Source of the DNA: Paraspadella gotoi
Taxonomy: Eukaryota; Animalia; Chaetognatha
DNA length: 64,000 nt
Reading direction: 5' to 3'
Assembly: GCA_051294375.1 (NCBI GenBank)
Contig: CM119271.1
Location: 14,266,770 to 14,330,769 of the forward strand
This document shows positions 1 to 13,275 of the stretch, piece by piece (position 1 is the stretch's first letter; every line of letters starts with the position of its first letter). Made by a program: the position numbers and the translations under genes. A model generated the notes under the pieces. It saw only the letters and a list, made by a program, of their open reading frames with translations, searched no databases and was not told where the DNA came from.

Positions 1-25
1 GTCTTCGTTTTGGAGTCGCGAAATC

Positions 26-3000
26 TCAAGGACGGGAGGTTCGAGAGGCTCGTCGACGACGGTCAAAGAATCTTCCGTTTTTTGGACCGTAGCTAATAAA
101 ATTTTTACGAGGAAACTGAATATTTTTAACGACAGTATCGGTGCGCGGGAAACGGATCGAAACCCGACCCGCCAAAATTTCTTACCGACATCCCGCGCCG
201 GCGATTGGGTCGACCGAGTCCGCGGCGCCTCTTCCTTTCGTGCTTGCCCGCCTCCATCTGTCGGCGCCTTCTCGGCAGCGACATCTTCGGGTTCTTCGGC
301 AAAGTATTCCTCTTTGTCGGCGAGGGCGAGCGTGACGCGATTGGAGACAAACCTGTCGTGGTTGTGCTCCGTGATGCCTTTGAGGTACATCCCGCCAATT
401 ATCTCGACTTTTCCTGGATGAACATCGAGTGGCCAAACATTTGAAAAATCAATTGAATATTAAAGGCTTTAAATAGTTTCGTCTTAGTTAACAAAACTTA
501 CCGTCGACTAAGGAGGTGGAGAATCGCACGGGGCATTTGAAGGGAGAGTTGACGACTCCCGACTGGAGATTGTGAATACATCGCCAGTCTTCTTTATTGA
601 TCTTCGAGTCGGGATACCTGGACGACATAAAAAGAGATTTAATGGCAGTTTGCGACACATCTTCCAAACCCACTCATTCCCCAATTTTTAAAGCTCACCA
701 TTTGTCTCTCATGAACTCGTAATTGTTGAGGACGCATCTGAAGGAGAAGGTCGTCTTGGCGGACTTGGGGTTGGGGATTTCGAGGCGGACGGGCACGCCT
801 CGCTCGTGCGTCGAATAATCGTAGTAAAACATCGAAGACTCCTTGGCGCGTTTTCGTTCAAGCTTTTGCAAAATATAATGATAAATTTATCATCATCATC
901 ATCGTCATCATCATCGCAGGAGTATCAAGCCACCAAAAGCAAATCGGATCGGAGGCTCGGGCGATCTCCACAGGAAATTGAATCGCCGAATCCTGATTGG
1001 TCAAAGACGAAACCGCAACCGACCAATCAGCTTGCAGAATCATTGGATCTGACAAATTTACCCTTACCACCGATCCTCTTCTTTAGATATAAATAGACCT
1101 AGTTTCTCTTAGTTTCAGTAGCATTGAACAAGACTCCTGCGCAGGGGTGGCGAGAGGGGGGGACACCCTCGCCTCTAAATCTCATCTAGTCAGAAGGTTT
1201 AACAAATTTAAACCCCTCGCTCAGACTAGAGGAGAGGCACAATAATTGTGATTTAAAAAAATGCCAGATTGGATGTCCTGCAGGCAGAAGTTTGAGCACT
1301 GGAGCAATTTTTAAGGCAAAAAGTCAGTAATCGAAAACTAAAATTATGGAGAGCAGGGGGGGGGCCCCGGCCAGAAGGCCAGTGGGGGGGCCCGCCATTT
1401 CTTTCGCTGCTCCTACGTGTGTCTCACTGTCATCCTTAATCTGAGAATAAAAAAATTGTCAGATCCAATGATTCTGCAAGCTGATTGGTCGATTCCGGTT
1501 CCGTCTTTGACCATTCAGGATTCGGCGATTCCATTTCCTGCGGAGATCGCCCGAGCCTTCGATCCGATTTGCTTTTGGTGGCTTGATACTCCTGCGATGT
1601 CATCATCGACCTCACCTTTTTCTGCGCCTTCATCTCCGACTTCTGCGATTCTTTCTCCTTTCTCTTTAACAAGTTTTGTTCCTCTTTGACCCGTTTCCGC
1701 TCCTCTTCCAAGCGGAGTCGTTGCTCTAGTCGTTCCGCTTTTTCAATCTCACGTCGACGTCGACGCTCTTCGTTTTGAGCGTTGGCTTCGTTGGCTTCTT
1801 CGTCTTCTTCGTCTTCGTCGTCACCATCTTCGTCGTCTTCGTCGTCGTTGGCTTCGGCCGCGGAAGCTGCTGAAGCGGCGGCGGCGGCGGCAACGGCGGC
1901 GGGTTTGGGCGGCTCCAAGTGCAAACGCTCGTGTCTGTTGATGCCCTGCCGAACCATCGAGGAATAGGTGCAGTATCGACAATGGAAGGGACGGTCGGGG
2001 CTGCGAGTGTGACCAGGAAGATGGTTGTTGATAGAGAGACCAAAGAAAGGGCAGTGAGGACACTGGAGGTGATTGCGGAGATCCGCAACGGGACCGGAAG
2101 AAGAGACGAAGGACGCCGAAACGTCGTCGTCGTTGGAATCGCCCAAGTGCTTATCCTTGAGACAAAAACCATATTTGCAAAAAAAAAATTAAAGAATTTT
2201 CAAACGCTCTTCATACTAGACCACACTGTCCGTACCTGATCGGCGGCGTCGACGTCAGCCTCGTCAAGCGACTGCAGTCGACGGTCGACTCGACGAGCGT
2301 CGACCTCCTCCAGGACGGCCAGTTCCACCGCTCGTGACTTCAAAGGATCCATGCGTTGAGTCAGGTGCCACCTGGACAATAGAATCATTTGAAGATAAAG
2401 ATCTCTTTCTCCAATCAATTGATTTATAAAAACAATTAATTTACCTTTGTGGAATAAAAGCTGAGAAATCGAGGGAGCGCTTCAAGACCGACGTGGTGTC
2501 GAGATCCTCGCCTGAAATCAGAAATAATAAATATAATTTTATCTTAATCTCACTCACTCACTCACTCACTCACCGTAATAGCCTTCGAAGAGGTTCTCGT
2601 ATTCGACGACGAGTTCCGCCTCCTCCACTCCGTCTCGTCCCCAAAGCGGTTCCTCGCTCTTCGTCCTCTCCACCCAATCGAAGATGGCAGCGTCGTCGAC
2701 GCCGGAAGACGGCGCCAAGACGAGCGGCGCCGCGAGGAAGACGACGGCGACAGAGTCCGTGGAGGTGGGAACGAGGGCGAGAAGGCGGCGCCGCGAGGTC
2801 GACGACGCCGGCAGAACCTCCGTCCTCGAAGGAGCCTCGACGACGCCACGGGTCTCCTCCACGACCTCGTCGGCGAATCCCGCCTCGAGAAAGCGATGGA
2901 GGAAGCGTCGTTTGAGAAGAGGCCAGTCGGCGAAAGGATCGAGATCCGAGGGAAGGAGGGAGATTAGGAGGGACTTGAGTTCCGAGGAAGAGGGGGAGTT

Positions 3001-5752
3001 TTTGTGAGATTCGGCGAAGAAAGGAGGGAGGGCGAGGAATTGGATCTCGTTTTCACCTTCTGTAAAAAAAAAAAAGGTGTTTAAATTATTATTGAATAAC
3101 TATTTCCTGATATCCCATTTCTCCTTGATAATAAAACTGACCAGTTGTATCTTGGTTGGCGTCCAAATTGAGGTGGAACTCGTTTCCTCTTTCGTCGCGG
3201 CACAAAAACGGAATCGTCTTGGAGTCGGTTTCTATTTTCGTCTCACGGCGATCGTCGTTTCTTTCGCCGTTGTCATCGTCACTGTCTCTGTCTTCAGTTT
3301 GACCTTTCATTTCGTCTTTTGGCTTTGAATCTAACTCCTCATTATTCACCGGAAGTGGAGCGACGACGAAAAGGCGCTCGGCGATCGACGAGTCCGACCT
3401 TAAACGAAACCAAAGCTCGTATTATTAATCTGATTTGCTAAAAGTAGCATACATAATTTACAAGCGAGTCTTGATTGAAAGCTTGCAGAGACCTACCTAC
3501 TATGTCATTATCAAGTAAGAGTGATGGAGGCCTTAAACTACCAAAGCCTGTCCAAAGTCAGGGGCAAGATAGCTTATTTATTAAACGAATGGATAATTTT
3601 TATATTGGTTGTATCAATTTCATACGATCACAATCACTTTTATCTTCATATTTTGGTATAATGAATGGTACGCCCACCTGTAATCCACGACGCCCTTGAT
3701 CGAAGCCACGAGGCTCAACTTCTCCTCGGTGGGTTCCAAGGCGCAGGCGACGGCGGCGGCGAGAAGGCGGGCGCCGCAGCAACCGGCGGGCAGCGCGTCT
3801 ACCAGCGTGGCAGTGAGCAGAGAGAGGCCGGAGATGCGGCGAAAAACTGCAGTGCGGTCGCCCGTCGATCGCGCCATCTCCAAACGCTCTTTTCCTCGCT
3901 TGAGCGCCCGAACGACGACGTCGACGATGATGTCGAAGACGACGTCGGAGCCGAACTGACGATGCAATGCGGCGACGATGAGAGCGACGACTCGGGCGTC
4001 GGCGGCGAGAGACGCCATCTTGGCGACATTGGCGGCGAAGTTGGCGTAGTCGTCGTCGTGGCTCAGTTGGAGGGGAATCCAGAGGGAGACGAGAGTCTGA
4101 TAATCGAGGGAAAAGAAAATTGAGTACGAAACATATCTACTATCAATTACAAAATACACCTTTCAAAAATTCTCTCCTTCTTCCCTTCTTATTCTTCCCT
4201 TTCCTCCTTTCCCTCCCTTCTCCACTTTTCAACCTTGACACAAGCGCATCCCGCGTCGTCCGGATTCGTCAAAGCGTCCGTCAGTGCGACCGTCGCCGCG
4301 TGCCACGCTAACTTCCGTGTCTTACGTCGGCGCAGGAAGAACTCGACGGCGCCGACGCGTTCGCAGCAGCGCAGCGCCGCAGACGACTTGGACGTGAAGA
4401 GCGAATTCAGCTGCGCAAAGTTTTTGGATTCGACGGCCAGGAGGATTTTGAAGAGGGTTAGGGCGTGAGTTCCTGGTAAGAAGGGGAAAATTATAAAATT
4501 AAGATTATAAAAATAATTATCGATATTAATAGGCCTCACCGGCTAGCCCGTTTCTCTCGGGGTCGGCGCTTCGCATGAGATCCACGATTCCGGATGCAAG
4601 ATGAAAGTTTCCGGCGGCGGCAAAGCGAAGTGCGGCGGCGGCGGCGAGCGGCGCCTGAAGCGTGGTCGATAAGAAGGCGTTGGCCTCATCGGCTTCGACG
4701 ACGTCGGCGTTGATGGCGCGGCGGAGAACATCGGAGGATCGAACGAGGGAGGGGAAGGAGGAAAGGAGGAGAAGAACCTGGACGAATGGGACAATTCATT
4801 TTGACCTATTTAATTACTTTTTCCCTCTCCTTTTTCACTCTCCTTTTTCCCCTTTTCTTTTCACTTTACTTTTTTGCATTGCTGTTTAACTTTACTTTCT
4901 CTCTCTATTTTCGCCCTTTACTTTTTAAAGTTACTTTCTCTACTTTCTCCGTCTACTTTTTCTTTTTACTTTTTCCCTCTACCCCCCTCCAACTAGTTTT
5001 TCACTTTAGTTTCTCCCTTTACTTTTTCACTTTATTTTCTCTCTCTACTTTCGCCCTCTACTTTCTTCCTCTCCCCTCTCCCTCTACATTCTCCCTCTAC
5101 TTTCTCTTTTTACTTTTTCACTTTACTTTTGCCCTTTACTTTTTCACGTTTCTTTCTCTCTCTACTTTTTCCCTTTACTTTTGCCTTCTACCTTTTCCCT
5201 TTACTTTTTCACTTTACTTTCGCCCTCTACTTTTCCCTTTACTTTTTCACTTTACTTTTGCCCTCTACTTTTTCACTTTACTTTAGCCCTTTAATTGCTC
5301 CCTTTACTTTTTCATTTTACTTTCTCTCTCTACTTACTCTTTTTAATTTTCCACTTTACTTTTGCCCTTTAATTTGTCACGTTACTTTCTCTCTCTACTT
5401 TCGCCCTCTACTTTTTCACTCTACTTCACCATTTATTTACCTTCCCAGTTGCCGTGGGTTGCATCGGCTCCACTGCCTTCACTAACTCCATCAACTCCTC
5501 CCGCCCCCGCTCCCCCAAATTTTTCCAGCCGACTTCATGTCCTAGTTTCACGACAGAGATTAAACATCTCCATAGCAAAAACGCGTCGTCAAGGACGGCG
5601 ACGTCACTGCCGGCCGCACGTCGGCCACAGATTTCTTGGAGACGTTGGTAAAAATGGAGGAGGCGAGCTCGAATATCGGTCGACGTCGAGGCGGGGATGA
5701 GGGGATCGGGGAGAAGGGAGGGGGAAGGGAAGAAGGGACCTTTACGGTTCAT
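26..5752 (-). CDS. Multi-exon uncharacterised protein: helical N-terminal region, two C2H2-type zinc fingers, acidic/coiled-coil stretch, C-terminal FLYWCH/WRKY-GCM1-like finger
   Basis: GT-AG exons join in frame from ATG 5752 to TGA 26-28 (approx. exons 5752-5441, 4778-4540, 4473-4234, 4106-3678, 3398-3142, 3059-2574, 2512-2444, 2371-2236, 2155-1616, 862-698, 617-502, 413-186, 92-26). Fingers: CPHC..H...H and CRYC..H...H. FLYWCH-like pattern: LNNYEF..KW..WRC..(KC)..EHNH. Confidence 0.65.
913..1598. mobile_element. Mutator-like MITE inside an intron
   Basis: About 145-bp near-perfect inverted repeats (913-1057 and 1454-1598) flanked by an identical 9-bp direct repeat GTCATCATC (904-912, 1599-1607). 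Long TIRs plus a 9-bp TSD are typical of MULEs. Confidence 0.85.
4815..5425. repeat. Degenerate pyrimidine-rich minisatellite (TTTCACTTTACTTT / TCTCTACTTT units) in an intron
   Basis: Visible imperfect tandem units; accounts for the spurious F/L/S-rich ORFs here. Confidence 0.85.
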
Positions 5753-7217
5753 CACGATACTAAATTTTTTCTTTCACATTGCGTTGTGGGCGCGAAAAAG
5801 AATCGGTTCCAGTGCTGCCGTCTCACTCCATGGAATTCAAGGAACCCCCGCCTTGAGTTGTGTTTGTCAAAGAAACTTTCTAGGAACCGGAGTGAGTCAG
5901 ATAATCATTTTTTTAAACTAAATATCAAATATTAAAACATTCTTATTTAAATATTTAGTGTATTGACGCGAAAGTACATTGATAATTCGTAACTTTTCGA
6001 CCTTAAAGAATAAAAATGTAAATGTTTCCTTTTCTATTTTAACTTGATTCGACTGAAAGAGAGAGAGAACGTGGAAAACATTTCTAAACAAATGCTATAA
6101 TTGATAAATAGTAAAGAATACAAATATTGTGAGGTATACAAATAATTACGTCAAGAAAAAGTGAATCTTATAGTTGTAGAATAATACTCTCGGAAAAACA
6201 AACAAAGACGTAAAGATTCAATTTTAAATCGGTAAAATAAAAAGTTATCACAACGGAATGCTTTTATAGAAATACGGCCATACCAAAGCCGATTTTCGTC
6301 TTAAAATAAAATAAGGCACATTCATTGTGTTGGAGCGTAATTCTTCCGGTGATTCTCCATGAAACCACCCACAACACATTGCAAAAAAAAGAAATTAACT
6401 AATCTAACCATAAAATTGTTCAATTTTAAGAAACGCAATAACTTATTACGTCAGTCTAAAGCAAAAATACTTTAGTTCTATCTCCAAAGTCGACTGGTAC
6501 ATTTGTACTTCCTGGTAATTATTAACTTTAGGGGTTGACGACATTTAGAAACTCAAAGAAGTAAGAAATATGGTTTTGAGACGTATAGGCTATATATAGC
6601 TTAGAATCCAATAAACAGCAAAACATGATTTTGAGGATAAGCTTATTAAGCATACCATACATACAAAAAAGTATAACAATTTTTTTTTTTATTCAAAACT
6701 CATTATTTCAATTAAATGCTATTTATGTAAATATTTTGAATACTTAAAAAATTTGACAATCACTTTCAAGAAATACCAATGATAACGTTCAGAAAAGTAT
6801 TCTGCAATTATGGACTACTGTAGCAGATTAATTTGTCTGAAAAAAACAAACTTTTCCTTCTTGGACTATTCATAATAAGCATAATAACGTAGGCGAATGA
6901 CTCCGAGAGCGGAATATGAGCACGGCAAAGCCCGTTACTAAACGTGTAAAAAGCACAAAAGTGCTGTTTCAGTTGAGATACAGGAACAGGATTGAAAAAT
7001 GAGATCACAAAGTTTGACTAGAAAAAATAGTTAAGGAATAAGGCCCAAATGTATGTCGTTGCGACGAAAAAAACGGCGCCATTGAGAGATCAAAAGCGAA
7101 ATAGAGAGACCACGATTAACATTAAGTTTTTGAATAAGACGAAACGCAAAACAAAGGCTTCGTCTTACTAGTAATTTTTTTTTTTATTTTTCCCTTTTTT
7201 TTCCCCATTTTTTTCCT

Positions 7218-9572
7218 TTATAGACGCACGAGCTTGGCGCTGGCGGCCCAGAGCTCCTTGGCCAACTTGCGGTCCTTGGCGCGGTCGGACGGCTCCTTGA
7301 CGCGACAGTCGGCGTAATAGAGGCCGGACTCTTCCTTGGCCTCGTCGCTGACGGCGCAATGGATGGTCGTCTGCGCCCCTTCCTCCCAGGTCTTGAGCCA
7401 GGCGGAGATGCAGGGACACTTGATGCTCGTGGAAAGCCAGGCGGGGGCGTGGCGACCCAACTCCGTGAAGGAGACGCCTGTGTGGACCGCGTAGGCGTTC
7501 ACTCCCTTGCCTAGCAAGAGAAGAAATGTAATAATTAAGTACTGCTTAAACTTAATTAAGTAGTTTAAAACTAAGTTTTAAGTTGCGTCGAGTTTTGCAA
7601 ACTAGTAAATCTTTCATTGTCATTGTTAACTAATATTCTCTTTCTTATCTTCCCATTCCTTCTCCTCCTCTTCTTCCTCTAGGCCGCTTTCTTATTGTAA
7701 ATCTAAAAACCCAAAATGAAATCTCCCCCCAACACTTTTTGTCAACGGACAGAGGGAGAGACAGACATCGCCCTGACCTTTGAGTCGTTTGGCCAATTCT
7801 TTGGTGAACAAGACGTTGGCCATTTTGGTTCGCTGGTATTGGCGGACGCCGTTGTAGTTATTCTCCATCATGAGATCCTTGAGGTTGATTCCGCCTCCCT
7901 TCTTGTGCGCGCTGCTGGTGATGGTAATAACGCGAGATCCCGGGCCGGACGCTCTCAGCTTCGGCAGCAACAGGTTGGTGAGCAGAAAATGACCCAGATG
8001 ATTGACGGCCATCTGCAACTCGAATCCGTCCTCGGACTTCATCGGTGACCACATCAACACCCCCGCGTTGTTGACGAGAATGTCGAGGCGCGCTTCCTCC
8101 TCCTCGTACTGGGCGACGAATTCGCGAACGGAGGCCAGTGACGCCAGGTCCAGCCTCATAAATTTGACGGCGTCGCTCCCTGAACAACAACATTATCGGC
8201 CTCTGTCAAAGAGTAATTTGTAGTTAATTGTAAATGATACAAATGGAGTAAATCAAACTCATTTGCATATTGTTTTGTTTGTAATGAATGATGAGTGTAA
8301 AGACTTTTTTTTTATTATTTTGGACTTATTGAGGCTAATTCAGATTGAACAGAGAAAAACGGACATTTTAATTATAGAAAGTGTATCATTTTTATAAGCA
8401 GTATTTTTAGTTGCGACGCGAGAACTCGCGGAACAACTCAATAAGTCACTTTTCGGTCGGTCGGTCTGTTATTATATCCTATTTATATTTTTAATGCTCA
8501 TTTACATATTGCAGTATTAAATCTAAATGTGTCTATTTTCATTTTGGATTTTAATATTAGTTATGTTTAACGGTTAACTTGCTTATGTTTAATGATTCCT
8601 TTATTTGTTAAGAAGTTTAACCATTATTCAGCTATGGTTTTGGGGATGCATTCTCTTGTTAAAGTCCGTTTCTCTTTATCAGAGCTCAATCAAATTAACA
8701 TCCTTAACAGTTAATCATTAATAATACTAAATTATGTTCAATAAGGTCTAAGCACAATATAAAAGAGATCAATAAATAGTGTTTAATTATGTTTCCATTT
8801 TTCTACTTCAGGCAAAGCTAACTAGCTATACTTATCAACGACCAAACCAGTTTATATAGTTTATATAGTTTATATAGTCAGCGAGCATTCTTCACTGATG
8901 CCAGGTCAAGTCAACATTCCATCAAGTAAGATATTAATAAAATGATTAACTGTTTACACTGAACCTTTTGGTACCTAATTATATGCTTATCTTATCTTAG
9001 GCAAACATACCCTCTTATACTCTTTTGTTATTTTTGCTCTCATGGAAAAAACCTCGAAACTAAACAACTGCTAGTGCTACCCTTTGTTTTTAAAGAAATA
9101 GTATAAAAAATAAAAGAGTAAAGATTAAATTCCGATGCAATGATTGTCAACATATTGGAATAACCGTTCTTGTTTCAATTTTAACTCCTTTTCCAAATAC
9201 TTGGATTTTGATACGGTTAAATACTTTTTATTAAAGGAAGCTTCGTACTTAGATAAAAATATGTTAGCCATATTCTTACACGCACTAAAAAACAGAATCG
9301 TCAAACGCGCAAAGAACTATATCACCATCAGCATCTAATAGTCAAATACCGCTGCGCTTTTTAACATCCTCAACGGCTGGGAGGGCGCGGTCCTCGTTGC
9401 GACAAGCCATGATGACCCTCGCGCCCCGCTTGGCCAGGTCGACGGCAGTTTCCTTTCCGATTCCCGTGTTACTGCCGGTCACTACGACGGTTTTCCCGTC
9501 CAGTCGCGCCTCGCTGCTGCACATCACGCTGCCGCAACAGCACCGGTGAAGGGCGCTCGAACAACAACCCAT
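7218..9572 (-). CDS. Retinol dehydrogenase 11/12/13/14-like short-chain dehydrogenase/reductase
   Basis: Three exons (9572-9350, 8179-7778, 7510-7218). Motifs: TGSNTGIG Rossmann, [20 protein letters not shown], catalytic [15 protein letters not shown]. Confidence 0.93.
8404..8468 (+). mobile_element. Probable end of a non-autonomous Helentron/DINE-1-like element
   Basis: TTTTTAGTTGCG...CAACTC.ATAAGTCACT followed by (GGTC)n repeats resembles the common invertebrate HINE 5' end; no matching other end was found. Confidence 0.4.
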
Positions 9573-10812
9573 TTTTTTAAAAATTCGATAATATTGGTTT
9601 TGAAAAATAAAACCTAATAAACAAAACTAAAAAGAACTTATTTTTAATAACTACAGAAGAAACGTCAATAAGAAAAACGACTATTAAACACAAAATAACA
9701 CCTAATTCCACCTAATTCAAAGAAATAAATTTATTTTCGCAGCCTCTCTTCCAGATGTTCTTTTCGTTTAATTTATTTTTATTTATTTAAACTTTTCTTT
9801 ATTTCTTTCCTAAGACTTAGGCCAAGTTGTATACTCCAGTTTTTTGTTTGTTTATAGTCAAATTTTGTTTTCCATTTAAACGTAAATTCGTAAGTTTAGA
9901 TGAGATGAGAAAGACTCGACTCGACGACCCTCTCCTTTCTCCGCGCAATTCGAAGAAAAACTCAGTTGTTTGTCTTCATCATCATCAATCATCATCATCT
10001 CTGTAAAAATGAAGGCGTCTGACTTTTATTGAGCCGGAAATTTGTCCATCAAATAAATGTATTAACAACAAGAAATAAATGCGAGAAGACGAAACAAAAC
10101 ATTTTGGGCGTCAGATGTTTAAATTAAAAACGAAAAATGACTGGATTAAGCGGAGATTAAGTGGGCCATCCCGTTATTAAATTAAAGACAAAATTAATGC
10201 AAAAAAAAAAATACGGAGGTGGGGCTTTATCAATAATAATATCATAAAAATATAAATGATATATGCCAAGAGACTCATTATCAACATAATCGTAACTCGT
10301 AAGTGTCGTTCCGAAAAGTAACGGTGCTCGATCCGTTAGCGGACAGTGTTTTTAACACCATATAAATATAAAACAAGCTAAGACTAAAAATGCCAACACC
10401 CTTTCTAATAACAAATAAGTTCGATGATTAATCGATGGAAGTTAAAGTCAAAAATAACAATGAGACAAAAAAAGCCTAAGATAAAAACGTTTAGTATAAT
10501 GACTAAGCCATTAAAAAAAAAGAAGGTGCGATGTTAGCGCAGCGTGCAGTCCCTCTCCGAATAATGGATCTTTTTTAATGTTTCATCTTTAAAAATCAGA
10601 AGTTAGAAATAAATGTTGCATTGTTGCATGATTTTTATTTATTAGTAAAGAAGGCAACGGAATGTGAGAGGCCGCCAGCGGTCCTCGTTCCTTTTCTCTC
10701 TTTAGATTGTCGCAATTTTCGCTCACAGCTCGAGTCCAATTCTTGCCCGATAAAATAATACAGTTTAAAGAGTCCTTAGTTGCCCCCCCCAATATTCTTC
10801 CCCCCCTCGTCT

Positions 10813-13275
10813 TCATTCTCCCACGTCGGCGTCCCCGTCTCCGACGAGCCAAAGAATTTCGAAGGCTAAGGCAAGAAGCCCCGTGCCGAGGAGGTCGCCA
10901 ACGGCCGTCACGTAAGGGATGGCGCAGTTGTCGGGATCGTCACCGCTACGCCACAGGCGATGGATCAACCAGGCGGAGAAGTAGAGGAGGACGATCACCT
11001 GACGAGAGGATTGGGAAAGAAGACGATGATGATAATAATGAATCTTTAAACTCTCTCCATTCAATAGGGTCACCTGCAAGAGAGCGGCCCCGAGATAGAC
11101 GAAGGCGAAGACGAGGGTGATGGAGGTGTGGCCGGCTTGAAGGTGGGAGATGGTGTACATGAATATGAGGTGGCCTGGAAGGACTAGGAGGAGGAGGACC
11201 CGGTGGCAGCGCGCGTCGGCGTTGGAACCGAAGAAAAGCTTCAAAGGGTTGGGACAGCCTTTCAAAGCTCTCGCCGGTAAAGACCCCAAGGCGGCGCCGC
11301 TTCGATGAAGCGAAGTCGAGATCCTCGACGCCTGAACTGCGACGAGATTTCCTCCGACGCCGTTCATCACCGGCTGGAAGACTGCGATTCCCTGTGACGG
11401 GGGAAGAGGGGGGGAGAGATGTAAGGGGGGGAGAGAGTAGGAAAAAATAAACATAACATGAAAGACAAAGTTAAAGGATGAGATTAAAATAGGGAAAAAT
11501 GATATCATAATCATTTAATATTGGTTGCACCAAATTCAAAAGAAGGGGGAATACGAGTAGGAAGAAAGCACCAGTCTTAAAACCAAATACTCACCTTGAA
11601 TCCCTTCACGGCAAAATCGAGAATGAGGCCGCCGACGCTCGAGATGCCCATGGCGACGACGACGGGCGACCAACCGTTGAAGAGAGCGTCGCGGACGAAA
11701 GGATTTCTGAGGGAGAAGTAGAGGCAGAGAGGAGCGACGACGACGCCGAAGAAGACGACGACGACGGGAGACAACCAGAGGACGCGAGACTCGAAAGCGG
11801 ACCAGAGGAGGGAGGCCGTTAAGGAGAGGAGGCCCAATGTGGTCAAATCGCCTTTTATGAGAGACGGGGTAAGGGTGAGTCAACTTAACTTACTACCTAT
11901 TACGTAGTATGTATTACTTTTTAATGACTAACCCAGCGAGGCGGCGATGGGCGTGGCCACGTTGTCCGGATTGATTGAGCAGCGTCGGGAAACCACGATG
12001 ACGGCGACCATAATCAAACCCAAACCTGAGAGAGACCACAAAAAAAAAAAAAAAAAGCTCATCAAACCCTCGCGTGACGAGTTCGATCTAAATGAAAGAT
12101 CCGGACCGAAAGATGCGACTGAGGCGGTGAGAACCGCGGCGGCGCAGAGCAGAAGTCCGTGATTGGCCACCCACGTTCCCTCGGGGATCCAACCGAAAAC
12201 CATCGCGGCCAGAGAAGCCAAAAATCCGACCACGATCGCCTGGAGAAATCACAATTGACTAAATTTAAATTGATTTTCCTTAAAAAGTTTAACGACGAAT
12301 GTTAACGTCACCTGCAGTTGTATAAGCGCGAGGTTTCCCATCACCATGGAAACGAAGGAAGCGCGGGAATCCATGTTGCCGAGGTTGGCTTGCGTCGAAA
12401 GGCGGGAAGCTAATGTCATTTCCAAGTTTCCTAGGGAAATAAAAAATATTACCATAATTCAACGAACATAAAAACAATATTCTTCTCAACCAAAACATCT
12501 CGATCAACAGCCTCAAAACCTTTCAACCCGAGTAACGATGGAACGAGGATAAATAGTTCGTCGACGACCACGAAAACTCTCCAGTGTTGGACAATGTCTA
12601 AAACGACTCCGGCTCCAACCATTCCCAGTCCCGCCACCTAAATGAGAGCAATTGACAACGGCAATGGTTTCTGGGGAAAAGACGGGTTCCAAGGACGTTG
12701 AGGACAACAAGAGGGACGCGGTTAAATCTCCCGATACGAACCAAATATGGAAAAAGGACTTGAAGAGTGATGGAGAATGAAGTCTCGGAGTCCGAGTCTC
12801 CGTCGCCGCCGCCGCCGTCGTTGGGCAGCAGCGCCGCATTCGTCGAATCGTCGCTTTCGACGTCATTGGTTTCGTTGTCGTCGTCATAGTTGACTTTGTA
12901 GTGGCATCGACCGTTGGCGATCTTTATCGTCGCGAGATCCTTATCGTCGTCGAAAGTAGTCCTGAGATCGACAGTCGAATGATCCTTTGTTTTAATAAGG
13001 CTGTCTTCGACGATCTCAGAGTCTTTAGTCTCGTCGATAAACCGACGTTTGTCTTTGTCGTCGTCGTCGTCGTCATTTCGATCGTCGTTCGGCGACGTCG
13101 ATAACGACGACGGCGCCAATAATGCAGAGTCGACCTCCGTCGTCGCGGATCGAGGGTCGACCTTGTCGTCGAGCATCGGCGACGACGACAATGGCGACGA
13201 CGAAGCGGAAGACACGACGGTGACGTCTCCGAGGGGAAAGTAGCCGCGTCGCGACTCATTGGCGAACGGAACCAT
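10813..13275 (-). CDS. SLC41A: Solute carrier family 41 Mg2+ transporter (two MgtE-like domains)
   Basis: About eight GT-AG exons. Motifs: [78 protein letters not shown]. The start codon is tentative. Confidence 0.95.

Noticed and set aside
414-501. Apparent non-canonical GT-AA intron ending TTTTCAA
   Set aside because: An in-frame canonical CAG acceptor at about 414 explains the junction.
806-1689. Paired ORFs sharing SQEYQATKSKSDRRLGRS / LSDPMILQADWS
   Set aside because: These are translations of the MITE inverted repeats, not duplicated genes.
4786-5485. Hydrophobic F/L-rich ORFs resembling membrane proteins
   Set aside because: They arise from an intronic pyrimidine-rich low-complexity repeat.
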